DNA of 63,620 bases from Candidatus Kerfeldbacteria bacterium (GCA_903825245.1 CAIJZX010000032.1:1-63620), one strand, 5' to 3'. Counted from the first letter of the stretch, positions 26,654-36,871 are shown. Made by a program: numbers and translations. The notes: generated by a model not told the origin, from the letters alone.

Positions 26654-29182
26654 ATGCCTGAACTCTCGAAAGCCTACAATCCGCAAGAATTCGAACAGGA
26701 AATCTACCGCCGCTGGGAAGCTTCGGGGTTGTTTAGTCCGGATAAATTGCCGTTAGCGCGTCATCGTAAACCATTTACGATTTCCATGCCGCCGCCGAAC
26801 ATCACTGGCGAATTGCACATGGGACATGCTTTTCAGCTTACGCTTGAAGACGTTCTCGCTCGGTATCATCGAATGCGTGGTGATGCGGTGCTGTGGCTTC
26901 CTGGTACCGATCACGCCGCGATTGCTACCCAGGTGGTCGTTGAACGAGAATTGCGTAAAGAAGGCGTTGATCGGCATGCTCTTGGTCGAGAAAAATTCTT
27001 GGAACACGTTTGGAAATGGAAGGAAAAATACGGCCAACAAATCGTCGAACAAACGAAACGCATGGGTGCTTCGGCCGACTGGTCGCGCGAGCGTTTCACT
27101 ATGGACGAAGGCCTAACGCTTGCAGTCAATACAGCCTTTAAGCGGCTCTACGACGACGGATTAATCTACCGCGGCGAAAGGATAACAAACTGGTGCACCG
27201 CCTGCCAAACGACCATTTCTGACCTTGAGGTTGACCATGAAGAGACTCCGGGAAAGCTATGGTATATCAAGTATCCGCTGACCGATGGTTCAGGACACAT
27301 TACGGTGGCCACGACCCGACCAGAGACCATGCTAGGAGATACCGCGGTGGCGGTTCATCCGAACGATGCGCGGTTTGCCGGATTTACCGGGAAAACCGTC
27401 CGATTGCCGATTGTTGATCGCGATATTCCGATCATTACCGACGCCCGCATTGATCGTGAGTTTGGGACGGGCGCGGTCAAGGTAACGCCGGCTCATGACG
27501 CGCTTGATTATGACCTTGGACAAACACATCATCTGCCGATTATTCGGGTCATTGACCTCGATGGAAAAATTTTACCCGAAGCCGGCGTTGAATTCTACGG
27601 CTTGCCAGTGTTAGAGGCGCGCCAACGCGTCCTCGATAAACTTCGTGAGCTTGGCGTGATCGAAAAAGAAGAAGATTACATCCATGCTGTGGCCCTGTGC
27701 TCGCGATCGAAGACAGTGATTGAGCCATTACTGTCGAAACAATGGTTTTTGAAAGTAAAGCCGTTAGCGGCGAAAGCGATCCGTGCGGTGCGCTCGGGAA
27801 AAATTCATCTTGTACCTGATCAATTTGAAAAAATATACTTCCAGTGGATGGAAAATATCCATGACTGGAATATTTCCCGACAAATTTGGTGGGGGCACCG
27901 TCTGCCGGTCTGGTACCGAACACGTAATGGTAAGGAAGAGGTTAAAATATCCGCGACTTCGCCCGGTTCAAGCTGGACGCAGGATCATGACACCCTCGAC
28001 ACTTGGTTCTCGTCAGGTTTGTGGACCTTCTCAACGCTTGGTTGGCCGCGCCGTACATCGGATTTGAAACGTTTTCATCCAACCACCGTGCTTTTCACCG
28101 CGAAGGATATTCTATTCTTCTGGGTAGCGCGGATGATTATGTTTTCGATGTATTTCTTGGATGAGGTGCCGTTTAAAACCGTCTATCTCCATGGCCTAGT
28201 GCTCGATGAGCACGGAAAGAAGATGTCAAAGTCGAAAGGTACAGGCGTTGATCCACTCCTCATGAGCGATCAATATGGCACGGACGCATTGCGCATGAGC
28301 CTCATCATCGGCAACGCGCCTGGCCAAGATTTTCGTTTGTACGAAAAGAAAATCGAAGGCTATCGAAACTTCGCCAATAAACTCTGGAACGTGGCGCGGT
28401 TTATTCTGGCGCACGAACGGCCGACAAAGAAGATGGCGCCGGTAACGTTAGCCGATAAGTGGATTCTTTCCCGATTGGAAACCGTTACGGCGATGGCCAC
28501 AAAATACATTGAGGCTTTTGATTTTTCCGGTGCTGGCCAAGCGTTATACGACTTTGTGTGGCACGACTTTGCCGATTGGTACCTTGAGGCGTCGAAGATA
28601 CATCCGAACGCCGGCGTGCTCTACACTACGCTCGACGCGGTTGTACGGCTTCTTCACCCGTTCATGCCATTCGTCACCGAGGCAATTTGGTCGTCCGTGC
28701 GTCCAAACGACATGCTAATGGGTTCGGCCTGGCCAAAAACAATCTCGGCGTGGAAAAAATACACGGCCGAGGTAAAACAGTTTGATGGTTTACGGGATAC
28801 GGTCGGCGCGATGCGGAATTTCCGCGCCCATAGCGGCTTGCCGGCCAGCGCACCGTGTCACTATATCCCAACTGTGCCGTATGACGATGATGCCTTGTTG
28901 CGATCTTTAAGTGGCGCTTCGGTACAACCGGTTTCCCGTCTCACCGTCGACAGTCGCTACGAAAACATTCTGCTTGGGCACGTCCATTTTCAGGTGGAGC
29001 GTGTGTACCTCGAGCGGTATGAGGCTTGGCGACAAAAAGAGCGCGCCGGACTACAGCAATACATCGCCGGTATTAAAGACAAGTTAGCCAACGACCGGTT
29101 TGTCGTCCACGCTCCGGCTAATCTCGTTGATGAGGAACGAAAAAAACTCGCCGGGGCCGAGCGGCGCTTATTAGAATTATAG
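26654..29182 (+). CDS. valS: Valine--tRNA ligase
   Basis: Class I motifs PPNITGELHMGH and KMSKSKG; CP1 editing domain; C-terminal coiled coil; start at MPELSKAYNP. Confidence 0.95.
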   Translation: MPELSKAYNPQEFEQEIYRRWEASGLFSPDKLPLARHRKPFTISMPPPNITGELHMGHAFQLTLEDVLARYHRMRGDAVLWLPGTDHAAIATQVVVERELRKEGVDRHALGREKFLEHVWKWKEKYGQQIVEQTKRMGASADWSRERFTMDEGLTLAVNTAFKRLYDDGLIYRGERITNWCTACQTTISDLEVDHEETPGKLWYIKYPLTDGSGHITVATTRPETMLGDTAVAVHPNDARFAGFTGKTVRLPIVDRDIPIITDARIDREFGTGAVKVTPAHDALDYDLGQTHHLPIIRVIDLDGKILPEAGVEFYGLPVLEARQRVLDKLRELGVIEKEEDYIHAVALCSRSKTVIEPLLSKQWFLKVKPLAAKAIRAVRSGKIHLVPDQFEKIYFQWMENIHDWNISRQIWWGHRLPVWYRTRNGKEEVKISATSPGSSWTQDHDTLDTWFSSGLWTFSTLGWPRRTSDLKRFHPTTVLFTAKDILFFWVARMIMFSMYFLDEVPFKTVYLHGLVLDEHGKKMSKSKGTGVDPLLMSDQYGTDALRMSLIIGNAPGQDFRLYEKKIEGYRNFANKLWNVARFILAHERPTKKMAPVTLADKWILSRLETVTAMATKYIEAFDFSGAGQALYDFVWHDFADWYLEASKIHPNAGVLYTTLDAVVRLLHPFMPFVTEAIWSSVRPNDMLMGSAWPKTISAWKKYTAEVKQFDGLRDTVGAMRNFRAHSGLPASAPCHYIPTVPYDDDALLRSLSGASVQPVSRLTVDSRYENILLGHVHFQVERVYLERYEAWRQKERAGLQQYIAGIKDKLANDRFVVHAPANLVDEERKKLAGAERRLLEL

Positions 29183-29189
29183 ATTACTC

Positions 29190-30050
29190 ATGAATATGGG
29201 GGGGGTTCAGGAAGTCTCGCCAATTGATCGGGGATTTGTCGCCCCTGATATGGACAACACTCATCATGACTGGTTAAATGGTGATCGCGAAAAAGCATTC
29301 GATGTGATGTCGGCTGAAATTCGAAGACTGAAACAAGGGGCCGCCAATGGCGGGGAAGTGTTGCTCGGTATACTAAAAAATGCTTCTTCGCCAGCCTTTG
29401 GATACGAGGCGCGATTTAGAGGTCGTTTGTCCCCCGAAGATATGCAGCACATTCTCTGCCAAGAAGCAGATACTGTATTAGCCTCTGACATTGCTGGTGT
29501 TCCTGTAGAGCGCCTTGTTTTCGTTGTTGAGGACGACGTTGTGTATAGCAAGCTACAAGAAGCGCTTCACTTACGGCCTGGCGCTGCCCACGGTTTTAAT
29601 TTGCCGGGCTTAGTATTTACTGATCGTCCGGAATGGAAAAACGCGACCCTGCTTATTACTCAAGACCGACCCGTTACCATCCAACACGAAATCCAACACA
29701 CGATAGATCCGATATCTGAGCGTCATGGTTATGACCGAATGATTGAAGAGGTTTTTGCTTTCGTAGCAAACTTTAGATCGGCAAAGGGTGTTGATTGGCA
29801 ACAACTTGCAAACTCGGTTGCCCATACCGAGTATTTCAAAAAGTATTCTCAGGGTCTAGGGGAAAACGAAAGGATTTCTGAGGCTGCATGGAAACAACGT
29901 GTTGCTATGGCTGTTGTGGCTACCCGGGACATCGTTGGTCTTGTGGGGGAAATACCCGCTCTCCGAAGTTTAGCAAAAATGAACTCCGTTGATGAACTGT
30001 TGCTTGAGTGGAAGCACTTGCAACCACCAACAACATCTAGTGCAACGTAG
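29190..30050 (+). CDS. Hypothetical protein with HExxH motif (IQHEIQH)
   Basis: Single HExxH motif; no family recognised. Confidence 0.45.
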   Translation: MNMGGVQEVSPIDRGFVAPDMDNTHHDWLNGDREKAFDVMSAEIRRLKQGAANGGEVLLGILKNASSPAFGYEARFRGRLSPEDMQHILCQEADTVLASDIAGVPVERLVFVVEDDVVYSKLQEALHLRPGAAHGFNLPGLVFTDRPEWKNATLLITQDRPVTIQHEIQHTIDPISERHGYDRMIEEVFAFVANFRSAKGVDWQQLANSVAHTEYFKKYSQGLGENERISEAAWKQRVAMAVVATRDIVGLVGEIPALRSLAKMNSVDELLLEWKHLQPPTTSSAT

Positions 30051-30052
30051 GT

Positions 30053-31735
30053 TTATTCCGCTACCCTGAAGACTTCTTCGACGGTTGTGTTGCCGTCAAG
30101 CGCCTTCAGAAGCCCATCTTGAACCATGGTGATCATACCTTGGTGTTTGGCTACTTCTCGCATTTGGTATTCACTGGCCTGGCTGGTAAGAATGACTTTT
30201 TCCAATTCCTCATCAACCACAAGAACTTCAAAAATACCAATTCTTCCGAGAAACCCAAGTTGGTGACACTGGTCACAGCCGGCACCGCGCTTAAAGGTGA
30301 GCGGGCGGCTTGGGTCAACGGTGTATCCGGAGTTTTTTGGAATACTAGCAATAAGTGTTCGTGCGCGTTCCATAACTTCCGGCGCCAGCACATCTTCCAC
30401 GGCGCAGTGTTCACAAACCCTTCGAACAAGCCGCTGGGCAACCACGGCGTTCAGGGCTGGAGCAAGTAAGTATGGTTTTGTACCCATGGACAAGAAACGA
30501 GGAATAGCCCCAGCTGCATCATTGGTATGCACGGTCGATAACACGAGGTGGCCCGTTAACGCCGCTTGAATGGCCGTATCCGCGGTTTCAAGATCTCGAA
30601 TTTCTCCAACCATAATCACGTCTGGGTCTTGGCGGAGAATAGACCGTAGACCCTGAGCAAAGGTATAACCCTTCGCCCAATCAACCTGGCTCTGGTTGAT
30701 GCCTTCCAGCTTATATTCGACCGGATCCTCCAGGGTAATAATTTTTGTGTCTGGGGCGTTTAGTTTTGTTAGCACCGCATACAGTGTTGTTGTTTTTCCT
30801 GATCCTGTTGGTCCGGTTACCACAACCATACCATTTGGTCGGCTTGTTTCCTTGGTGAGTTGTTCGTACGCACGGTCACGGAGCCCTAGCTCATCAAATG
30901 TTACCGATGTCGCAGTCGAACGCAAAAGCCGCATGACCACGCTTTCGCCAAACGTTGTTGGTAGTGTTGAGACGCGAATGTCAATCTTGTCTCCGGCCAT
31001 CAACATCGTGATACGCCCGTCCTGCGGGGCGGTAGTGATGTTTATTTTTAAACTGGACATCAGTTTAATGCGCGAAATAATCCGCGGCCACTGTTCTTTT
31101 GGGATTGTAGCAATCGTGGTTAAAACGCCATCAATACGGTAACGCACGCGAATGCCGGCGGCCTCTGCCTCAATATGAATATCCGAGGCGCGCGCCTGAA
31201 GCGCGCCAGCCAAGATGAGAATAAAGGTGTCGGTCACACTTGTTGTTTTCAGTCGCTCAGCAATATCTGTGGCACCATGAATGGTTGACTGTAGTCGTTC
31301 AAGGTCGCTGGTAGCAATTTCCACATCGCTTGTTGTTTTGCGGATCCTCGGTAAACGATCGTAGAGCCTCGTGGCCACTTTCAGACTATGCTCGGATATC
31401 ATGTAGAGCTCGACATCGGCATGATATTTTGCTCCTAGTGCGGCGATAAGCGGCTGGAGCTCTGGTTGGTCAGGGTTGATCGTACCAAGTCGAATTTGCC
31501 CCGCTGTTTTTAAGAAACAAACCGTTTGTAGTTTTTCAGCGTCTGCCTTTCGCAAGAGGGCAATTGTTTCTGGTCCAATTGGAAAGCCAACTAAATTAAT
31601 ATAGCCCAGTCCGAGTTGCTGCGCGGTGGCCGCCGTTCCGGTTTCTTTTTCTTTCAGTGCAATGCTGCCTATTTTCTCTTGTAGCGCGCCTTCGACGTCA
31701 GTATCAGCAAGGTGGAGGGTTGTTGGTTGAGCCAT
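30053..31735 (-). CDS. pilB: Type IV pilus assembly / type II secretion ATPase (PilB/GspE family)
   Basis: Walker A GPTGSGKTTTLYA, Asp box, Walker B, His box, tetracysteine CEHC...CDQC. Confidence 0.9.
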   Translation of the reverse strand: MAQPTTLHLADTDVEGALQEKIGSIALKEKETGTAATAQQLGLGYINLVGFPIGPETIALLRKADAEKLQTVCFLKTAGQIRLGTINPDQPELQPLIAALGAKYHADVELYMISEHSLKVATRLYDRLPRIRKTTSDVEIATSDLERLQSTIHGATDIAERLKTTSVTDTFILILAGALQARASDIHIEAEAAGIRVRYRIDGVLTTIATIPKEQWPRIISRIKLMSSLKINITTAPQDGRITMLMAGDKIDIRVSTLPTTFGESVVMRLLRSTATSVTFDELGLRDRAYEQLTKETSRPNGMVVVTGPTGSGKTTTLYAVLTKLNAPDTKIITLEDPVEYKLEGINQSQVDWAKGYTFAQGLRSILRQDPDVIMVGEIRDLETADTAIQAALTGHLVLSTVHTNDAAGAIPRFLSMGTKPYLLAPALNAVVAQRLVRRVCEHCAVEDVLAPEVMERARTLIASIPKNSGYTVDPSRPLTFKRGAGCDQCHQLGFLGRIGIFEVLVVDEELEKVILTSQASEYQMREVAKHQGMITMVQDGLLKALDGNTTVEEVFRVAE

Positions 31736-31781
31736 GCTTCGAAGTATAGCAAAAAGCTTCCAAATTCAACAGTCGCGACTA

Positions 31782-32906
31782 TTACTGTACACCTGACGAG
31801 AGTTGACGAATGGTGGCCGCCACAACCGTCGAAAAGTCTCCAGGAATTATTCCACTTAAATAGTTCGAACCTCGTACAACGAGTTGTGCTGGCAGATTTG
31901 TTGGCGGCATGGCGGACTGGTACACCCCGTGCACCGCGACGCCCTGCTCGGTTTCAATAAACAGACACGTGACTTCGGCGGTTGCCGCTTCCGTCATCAG
32001 TTCGTCAAGTACGCCCGTTGCGTCGTCGACCGTCGTATGTGTTGCCTGTAGGTCGTGAGCGGTAATGGTCGTCCACACTAGGCGGTTTTCTTTTGCGGTT
32101 TGTAGTCGACCTAGCGCCAGCCCCCACAGGCGCAATGTGGCCAGGGTTTTGGTTTGGTAGAGGTGGCGAACAATGTCTTCTCGTCGTGCTCCGGCGCTCA
32201 TCAGGTGTGAAGCAATGGCCAACGATCGCGGAGTGACCCGTTGATTTTGAAAAATCTTAGTTTTGGAAATTATCCCGGTCAACAGGCTGGTCGCCACCTG
32301 TTCGTCCATCTGCTCGCGACCAAGTGCTTGGACAATTTCAAAAATAATTTCTGAAACCGAGCTGGCCACAACATCAACCACGTTGGTGTGACCATACCGG
32401 CTATTCTCTGAATGATGATCAATGTTCAATATTGGCACCTGGTAAAAAAACTCGGTGTTATCGTGGTAGAGCGCGCCAAGACTATCGAGCGACGAAAGGT
32501 CTAGGGCAATAATTAGGTCGTAAGCAAACGACCCAGACGACGTAGTAACGTCTTTTGCCTCGTAAAATCCCTGCTTTGGTGATAGGTGAATAGCAAGTCG
32601 GTCGCCCTGTATATCGTAGCTTAGCTCGTCGAGTTTTGTTCGAGAAACATCGACAGTAATAATAAAATGCCGCAGTGACGTCAGCTGTGTTTCGACAACA
32701 TGGTTTTTTGGTAAAAAGCTATGTCCTGGTGGAAGGGTAAAGTTTGGGCTGACAATTTTTGCTGTTTTCCCGAGTTTTTCCAACACTAATAACAACGCTA
32801 ATCCGGCCGCGAGCGCATCAGACGACGGCTCGGCTGGCAGTAGAATGAGTGGTGTGGTACTCTGGCGCAAGAGCGCACAAGCTTGTTCAAGAGGAGATAA
32901 TTCCAT
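31782..32906 (-). CDS. DHH-family phosphoesterase (NrnA-like)
   Basis: DHH motif NIDHHSEN, DHHA1-like C-terminus. Confidence 0.75.
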   Translation of the reverse strand: MELSPLEQACALLRQSTTPLILLPAEPSSDALAAGLALLLVLEKLGKTAKIVSPNFTLPPGHSFLPKNHVVETQLTSLRHFIITVDVSRTKLDELSYDIQGDRLAIHLSPKQGFYEAKDVTTSSGSFAYDLIIALDLSSLDSLGALYHDNTEFFYQVPILNIDHHSENSRYGHTNVVDVVASSVSEIIFEIVQALGREQMDEQVATSLLTGIISKTKIFQNQRVTPRSLAIASHLMSAGARREDIVRHLYQTKTLATLRLWGLALGRLQTAKENRLVWTTITAHDLQATHTTVDDATGVLDELMTEAATAEVTCLFIETEQGVAVHGVYQSAMPPTNLPAQLVVRGSNYLSGIIPGDFSTVVAATIRQLSSGVQ

Positions 32907-32979
32907 GACTGTTCAACTGGGTGCCGGGCGACAACGTCGTCGTCCCGCCACCACCATCCCTCGCCAGAGGGCTAACAAA

Positions 32980-33444
32980 ATGAAGAGGGCACCATACCAG
33001 AACACGACCACTCCGTCAAGTTCCTGGGCATGCCCGCGCCCTCAAGACACCGCCCGGGTGGCCCGGCTGTTAACTGACACCGTTCGTGATAATGTTTGGC
33101 TATTGCGCGGCCCCTTGGGTAGCGGAAAAACAACATTTGTTCGGGGACTTCTGCGTGGGCTAGGATATCGCGGTGTTGTGACTAGCCCGACGTTTGTGTT
33201 GACTCGGACATATCTTTTGCCCCCAAATAAGCGCTGGGGTGTCGTACTTCATATTGACGCCTACCGCTTACGCGATCGCCATGAAGGGGCGGCACTGGAT
33301 ATCGCCTCGGCCGCGATGAATCCGCGCTGTTTAGTAGTGATTGAGTGGCCCGAGCGACTACAGGAACACCCCTGGTCATCGTCACATACATTGCGGTTCC
33401 GCCATATAAAAAACGGCCGCCAGATCTCACTTCGTACCAAATAA
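32980..33444 (+). CDS. tsaE: tRNA threonylcarbamoyladenosine biosynthesis ATPase TsaE
   Basis: LRGPLGSGKTTFVRGLLRGLG, SPTF, H.D.YRL motifs; start at the internal ATG 32980. Confidence 0.8.
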   Translation: MKRAPYQNTTTPSSSWACPRPQDTARVARLLTDTVRDNVWLLRGPLGSGKTTFVRGLLRGLGYRGVVTSPTFVLTRTYLLPPNKRWGVVLHIDAYRLRDRHEGAALDIASAAMNPRCLVVIEWPERLQEHPWSSSHTLRFRHIKNGRQISLRTK

Positions 33445-33446
33445 CA

Positions 33447-33719
33447 TTACGCTGTCGGTTGCGGCGTCGGCGCGGTACTGCTTGTTCGGGAAACCGCATC
33501 ATCAACAACAAGTTCACGGTCGGTGACTGAAACAACCTGGTGGCGATGAATAAGAAGGGGAGACCAAACAACGTCGGGCACCAGCCGACTGGGTTTAACG
33601 TGATACTGAACAACGGCCTGTGTATCGGGATCAATACTTACATCAACGACGTTGCCAAGTGGCTGGCCCGACTCGGTACGAACAGAAAGGCGTAGTGGAC
33701 TAATGCTGTGGTTGGTCAT
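33447..33719 (-). CDS. PRC-barrel domain protein
   Basis: ...VRTESGQPLGNVVDVSIDPDTQAVVQYHV... pattern; co-oriented downstream of yidC. Confidence 0.55.
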   Translation of the reverse strand: MTNHSISPLRLSVRTESGQPLGNVVDVSIDPDTQAVVQYHVKPSRLVPDVVWSPLLIHRHQVVSVTDRELVVDDAVSRTSSTAPTPQPTA

Positions 33720-34497
33720 TGGAAACCTGAACGACGGCCGGCTTGAGCGGGTGTCGTTTCAAGAATATGTATTGTTGGGCAACTGTCAGCACCGACTGCG
33801 TTGTCCAATAGAGTGCGAGTCCGGCTGGAAACTTATAGGCAAGGTAGGCGGTGAACAGTGGCAAGATATACGTCATCTGCTTGTTCATCGCGCTCGTCAT
33901 TGACTCGTCGCGCGCTTCTTTTATCTTTGGTTCGCTTGGCGCAGCCAACATCTTCGTCTGCCAGAATTGTGATCCGCCGGCCAGCACCGCTAAGACGATG
34001 TTTGCAATACCATGAGATGTTGATAGGTTGATAAAGCCCAAGAACATGGTGTTAATCGGCGTGCTCTGGTAGTACGTGCGTAAGAACGGATAGACGTGTT
34101 TCAGGGTAGCTGGGAGCAGAACGCTGGTGTGGGCGTCGATTTTCAGTCCGGAAATAAACACCTGGTAGAGGCCGATGAAAAAAGGAATTTGGATGAGCAG
34201 AGGTAAACACGATGCCAGCGGGTTGACCTTGCTCTCTTTGTACAACGCCATCTGCGCTTGGGCGAGTTTTTCCTTGTCGCCCTTATACAGCGTTTGAATT
34301 TCTTTCAGTCGCGGCTGTAATACCTGCAATTGTCGTGAGGCGCGAATGCTGCTGAGCGACGGAAGGTAGAGGATGGCCTTTATCAACAGCGTCAATAAAA
34401 TAATAGCTAATCCGAGATCGTGTCCAGGCAGAAGTTTTTGAATATAGAGGAGGCCGTTGAAAAGCGGCTCAAAAATTCCGATAGTGAACCAGGTCAT
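33700..34497 (-). CDS. yidC: Membrane protein insertase YidC (short form)
   Basis: YidC/Oxa1 core (...MQ.LQP....IQ..YK.D..K..QE...LYKE..VNP...CLP.LIQ.P). Confidence 0.88.
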   Translation of the reverse strand: MTWFTIGIFEPLFNGLLYIQKLLPGHDLGLAIILLTLLIKAILYLPSLSSIRASRQLQVLQPRLKEIQTLYKGDKEKLAQAQMALYKESKVNPLASCLPLLIQIPFFIGLYQVFISGLKIDAHTSVLLPATLKHVYPFLRTYYQSTPINTMFLGFINLSTSHGIANIVLAVLAGGSQFWQTKMLAAPSEPKIKEARDESMTSAMNKQMTYILPLFTAYLAYKFPAGLALYWTTQSVLTVAQQYIFLKRHPLKPAVVQVSNDQPQH

Positions 34498-34736
34498 ATG
34501 CGATGTGGTACATGATCAATCCCCCCGGCAGCCCAGGGGTGACAGCGAACGAGTCGTTTGATGGTTAACCAGCTTCCGACAATAACACCGTGGCGCTCGA
34601 GCGCATCAATGGCATACATCGAACAGGTTGGATGGAACCGGCAAAATCCATATGGATATAAACGGCGCCGCGGGCTATGATCCGGCGACAGGATGGCTTG
34701 ATAGAATTTAATGACGGCGATGAGAAGGCGACGCAT
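34494..34736 (-). CDS. yidD: Membrane protein insertion efficiency factor YidD
   Basis: ...IKFYQ..LSP.....CRF.PTCS.YA..A....G...G..L...R..RC.P; internal Met of ORF 34494..34982. Confidence 0.85.
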   Translation of the reverse strand: MRRLLIAVIKFYQAILSPDHSPRRRLYPYGFCRFHPTCSMYAIDALERHGVIVGSWLTIKRLVRCHPWAAGGIDHVPHRI

Positions 34737-35064
34737 GTGTTGTTGGTGGCAAGAGTAATGTTTGCCGAAGATCGTTATTGAGTTGGTCGTAACTCGCACC
34801 AACGGCGGCTCGGGTAGCGTAGACGATAATTTCTGATCGCAGTTGCGGCAACAGTTTTTGGACGGCGTCGCGGAGTCGGCGTTTGACCAGATTTCGGTCG
34901 GTGGCCTTTTTTGCAACGGTCGAAGATACGACGAAACCGCTCTTCGCCACGCCGATGGCTGGACGAGCGCGAATAATGACATAGCGCCCGCGCAGTACGC
35001 GCCCCATGCGCCACAGTGTCCGGTGATCGCGGGCAGAGTGAATCCGATGCGCCCGGTCTAACAC
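34708..35064 (-). CDS. rnpA: Ribonuclease P protein component
   Basis: Basic ~118 aa protein; RNR-like motif KKATDRNLVKRRLRD; rpmH-rnpA-yidD-yidC synteny. Confidence 0.85.
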   Translation of the reverse strand: MLDRAHRIHSARDHRTLWRMGRVLRGRYVIIRARPAIGVAKSGFVVSSTVAKKATDRNLVKRRLRDAVQKLLPQLRSEIIVYATRAAVGASYDQLNNDLRQTLLLPPTTHASPSHRRH

Positions 35065-35068
35065 GTTA

Positions 35069-35206
35069 TTACACCGTCAATTTCTTGCGGCCCTTGCTCC
35101 GTCGTCGACGGATAACATTGCGGCCGGTAGGACCGGCTTGGCGCGCGCGAAAACCGTGTACTCGTGCTCGGCGTCGTTTCTTTGGTTGGTACGTTCGTTT
35201 CGGCAT
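35069..35206 (-). CDS. rpmH: 50S ribosomal protein L34 (45 aa, not in ORF track)
   Basis: Hand translation [45 protein letters not shown]. Confidence 0.92.
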   Translation of the reverse strand: MPKRTYQPKKRRRARVHGFRARQAGPTGRNVIRRRRSKGRKKLTV

Positions 35207-35228
35207 AAAGCTAGGCCAGTATACCAGG

Positions 35229-35367
35229 TTATCCACCGTAGGTCAAAGGGTGTGGGGTGGGGGTGGTTAAAATAAAGTTATCCACAGCCTTTGAACAGAA
35301 TATTCACTTTTTGGCTAATATAAGGCATTTTTTTAGCCTGTGGATTGTGGTATTATGTTTATCCATG
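35229..35367. other. DnaA-box cluster (oriC candidate or dnaA promoter region)
   Basis: TTATCCACA perfect box at 35278-35286; TTATCCACC at 35229-35237; TGTGGATTG at 35339-35347; TTATCCATG at 35359-35367. Confidence 0.65.
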
Positions 35368-35387
35368 CTTAATTTAGGGGTAAAACA

Positions 35388-36770
35388 ATGACCAACGATC
35401 AGCTTTGGCAAACCGCACTCGGTGAGTTAGAGCTGTTAATTAGTAAGGCAAACTTCACCACGTGGTTTAAAAACACGTTTTTAACCGATATTTCCGACGC
35501 GTCGGCCATTATTGCTGTGCCAAACGGCTTTACGAAGGCCTGGTTAGAGACAAAATACCATCCAGCAATCTTAAAGGCGCTCCAAAACGCTGCGCAACGA
35601 CCAATTTCTCAGATTGACTACCGAGTTGAAACAAAGCGCGCGCCGTCCTCGCTTCAACCAGCAATTGCGCCCACCACAACAAACCAACAGAAGGGCGGTA
35701 TCGCTGAGACCACGCCCGAAGTACTTCCGGTTCCGGGACAAAGTAAAACCGGTCTCGACCCACGGTATGTTTTTTCAACATTTGTTGTTGGCAAGGGAAA
35801 TGAGTTGGCGCACGCCGCGGCAAACGCGGTGGCCGATAAGCCCGGGCTTGTCTACAATCCACTTTTTATTTATGGGGGTGTTGGTTTGGGAAAAACCCAC
35901 TTGATGCAAGCCATCGGACACAAGGCGCTGGAACAAAATCCGCGTCGTCGGGTAGTATACGTTACGTCCGAGCGATTTACGAATGAGTTTATTCAGGCCG
36001 TATCTCACGGCGGCGGGGAAAAGTTTAAATCGTTCTATCGAGGGGTCGACGTACTCTTGATCGATGACATTCAGTTTCTGTCCGGCAAAGAAGGAACGCA
36101 AGAAGAGTTTTTTCACACCTTCAACGCCCTCCACCAAGCAAACAAACAGGTGGTTGTCACTTCTGACCGCCCACCAAAATCAATCCCCGCGCTTGAGGCT
36201 CGGCTCGTATCCCGATTCGAGTGGGGAATGATCGCGGACATTGCTCAACCAGACATGGAAACACGGGTTGCTATTCTCGAGGCAAAGTGTCGTGAAAAAA
36301 ATATTTTTCTTAGCACCGAAATCTTGCAATACATTGCCAACACGGTCCAAAGCAACGTCCGCGAGCTTGAGGGCGCCCTTAATCGTCTCATGGCCTATGC
36401 TCAACTCAACCACACCGAACCGACGCTTGATAGCACGCGTGATTTATTAAAATCACTCTCGCAGGGCGCAAAACGCGGGGGATTAACCCCAAAACAGCTG
36501 GTCGCATCGGTGGCTCAGTTTTTTGATGTCTCGGTTGAAGATATTTTAGGCATCAGTAGAAAAAAAGAGCTTGTTGAGCCGCGACAAATTGCCATGTATC
36601 TCCTTCGTGAAGAGCTCCATTCGTCGTTTCCGGCAATTGGCCACGAGCTTGGCGGACGCGATCATACAACCGCGATGCACGCGTGCTCGAAAATTTCCGC
36701 ACAGCTTGTTGATAATGACAAACTCAAGCAAGACATCGCGCTCATCAAGCAACGACTGTTTGGGAATTAG
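35388..36770 (+). CDS. dnaA: Chromosomal replication initiator DnaA
   Basis: Walker A GGVGLGKTHL, DDIQFL, sensor motifs, C-terminal domain IV ...GGRDHTT. Confidence 0.97.
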   Translation: MTNDQLWQTALGELELLISKANFTTWFKNTFLTDISDASAIIAVPNGFTKAWLETKYHPAILKALQNAAQRPISQIDYRVETKRAPSSLQPAIAPTTTNQQKGGIAETTPEVLPVPGQSKTGLDPRYVFSTFVVGKGNELAHAAANAVADKPGLVYNPLFIYGGVGLGKTHLMQAIGHKALEQNPRRRVVYVTSERFTNEFIQAVSHGGGEKFKSFYRGVDVLLIDDIQFLSGKEGTQEEFFHTFNALHQANKQVVVTSDRPPKSIPALEARLVSRFEWGMIADIAQPDMETRVAILEAKCREKNIFLSTEILQYIANTVQSNVRELEGALNRLMAYAQLNHTEPTLDSTRDLLKSLSQGAKRGGLTPKQLVASVAQFFDVSVEDILGISRKKELVEPRQIAMYLLREELHSSFPAIGHELGGRDHTTAMHACSKISAQLVDNDKLKQDIALIKQRLFGN

Positions 36771-36871
36771 TTGGGGACACCCTGCGGACAACCGCCGGCA
36801 AAAAAGTGAACAAGTTTGTGTGTCTGCTGTCGACGCCCTGTGAAGAAAGTGGTAACAAAAAAACACGATAA

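Noticed and set aside
26360-26686. Listed 108-aa minus-strand ORF between tsaD and valS
   Set aside because: It overlaps both neighbouring genes and coincides with the strongly structured T-box-like leader, so it is probably not coding.
30696-31142. 148-aa plus-strand ORF inside pilB; similar shadow ORFs occur inside dnaA, valS, glgA and the GH57 genes
   Set aside because: These are shadow ORFs within well-supported genes.
32845-32979. N-terminal 45-aa extension of the tsaE ORF, overlapping the divergent DHH gene start. Similar long N-terminal extensions occur on ORFs 22035..23045, 53054..54040, 34494..34982, 5523..6992 and 4285..5676
   Set aside because: The extensions overlap neighbouring genes, are compositionally odd, and internal Met codons give family-typical N-termini. 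The starts were trimmed accordingly.
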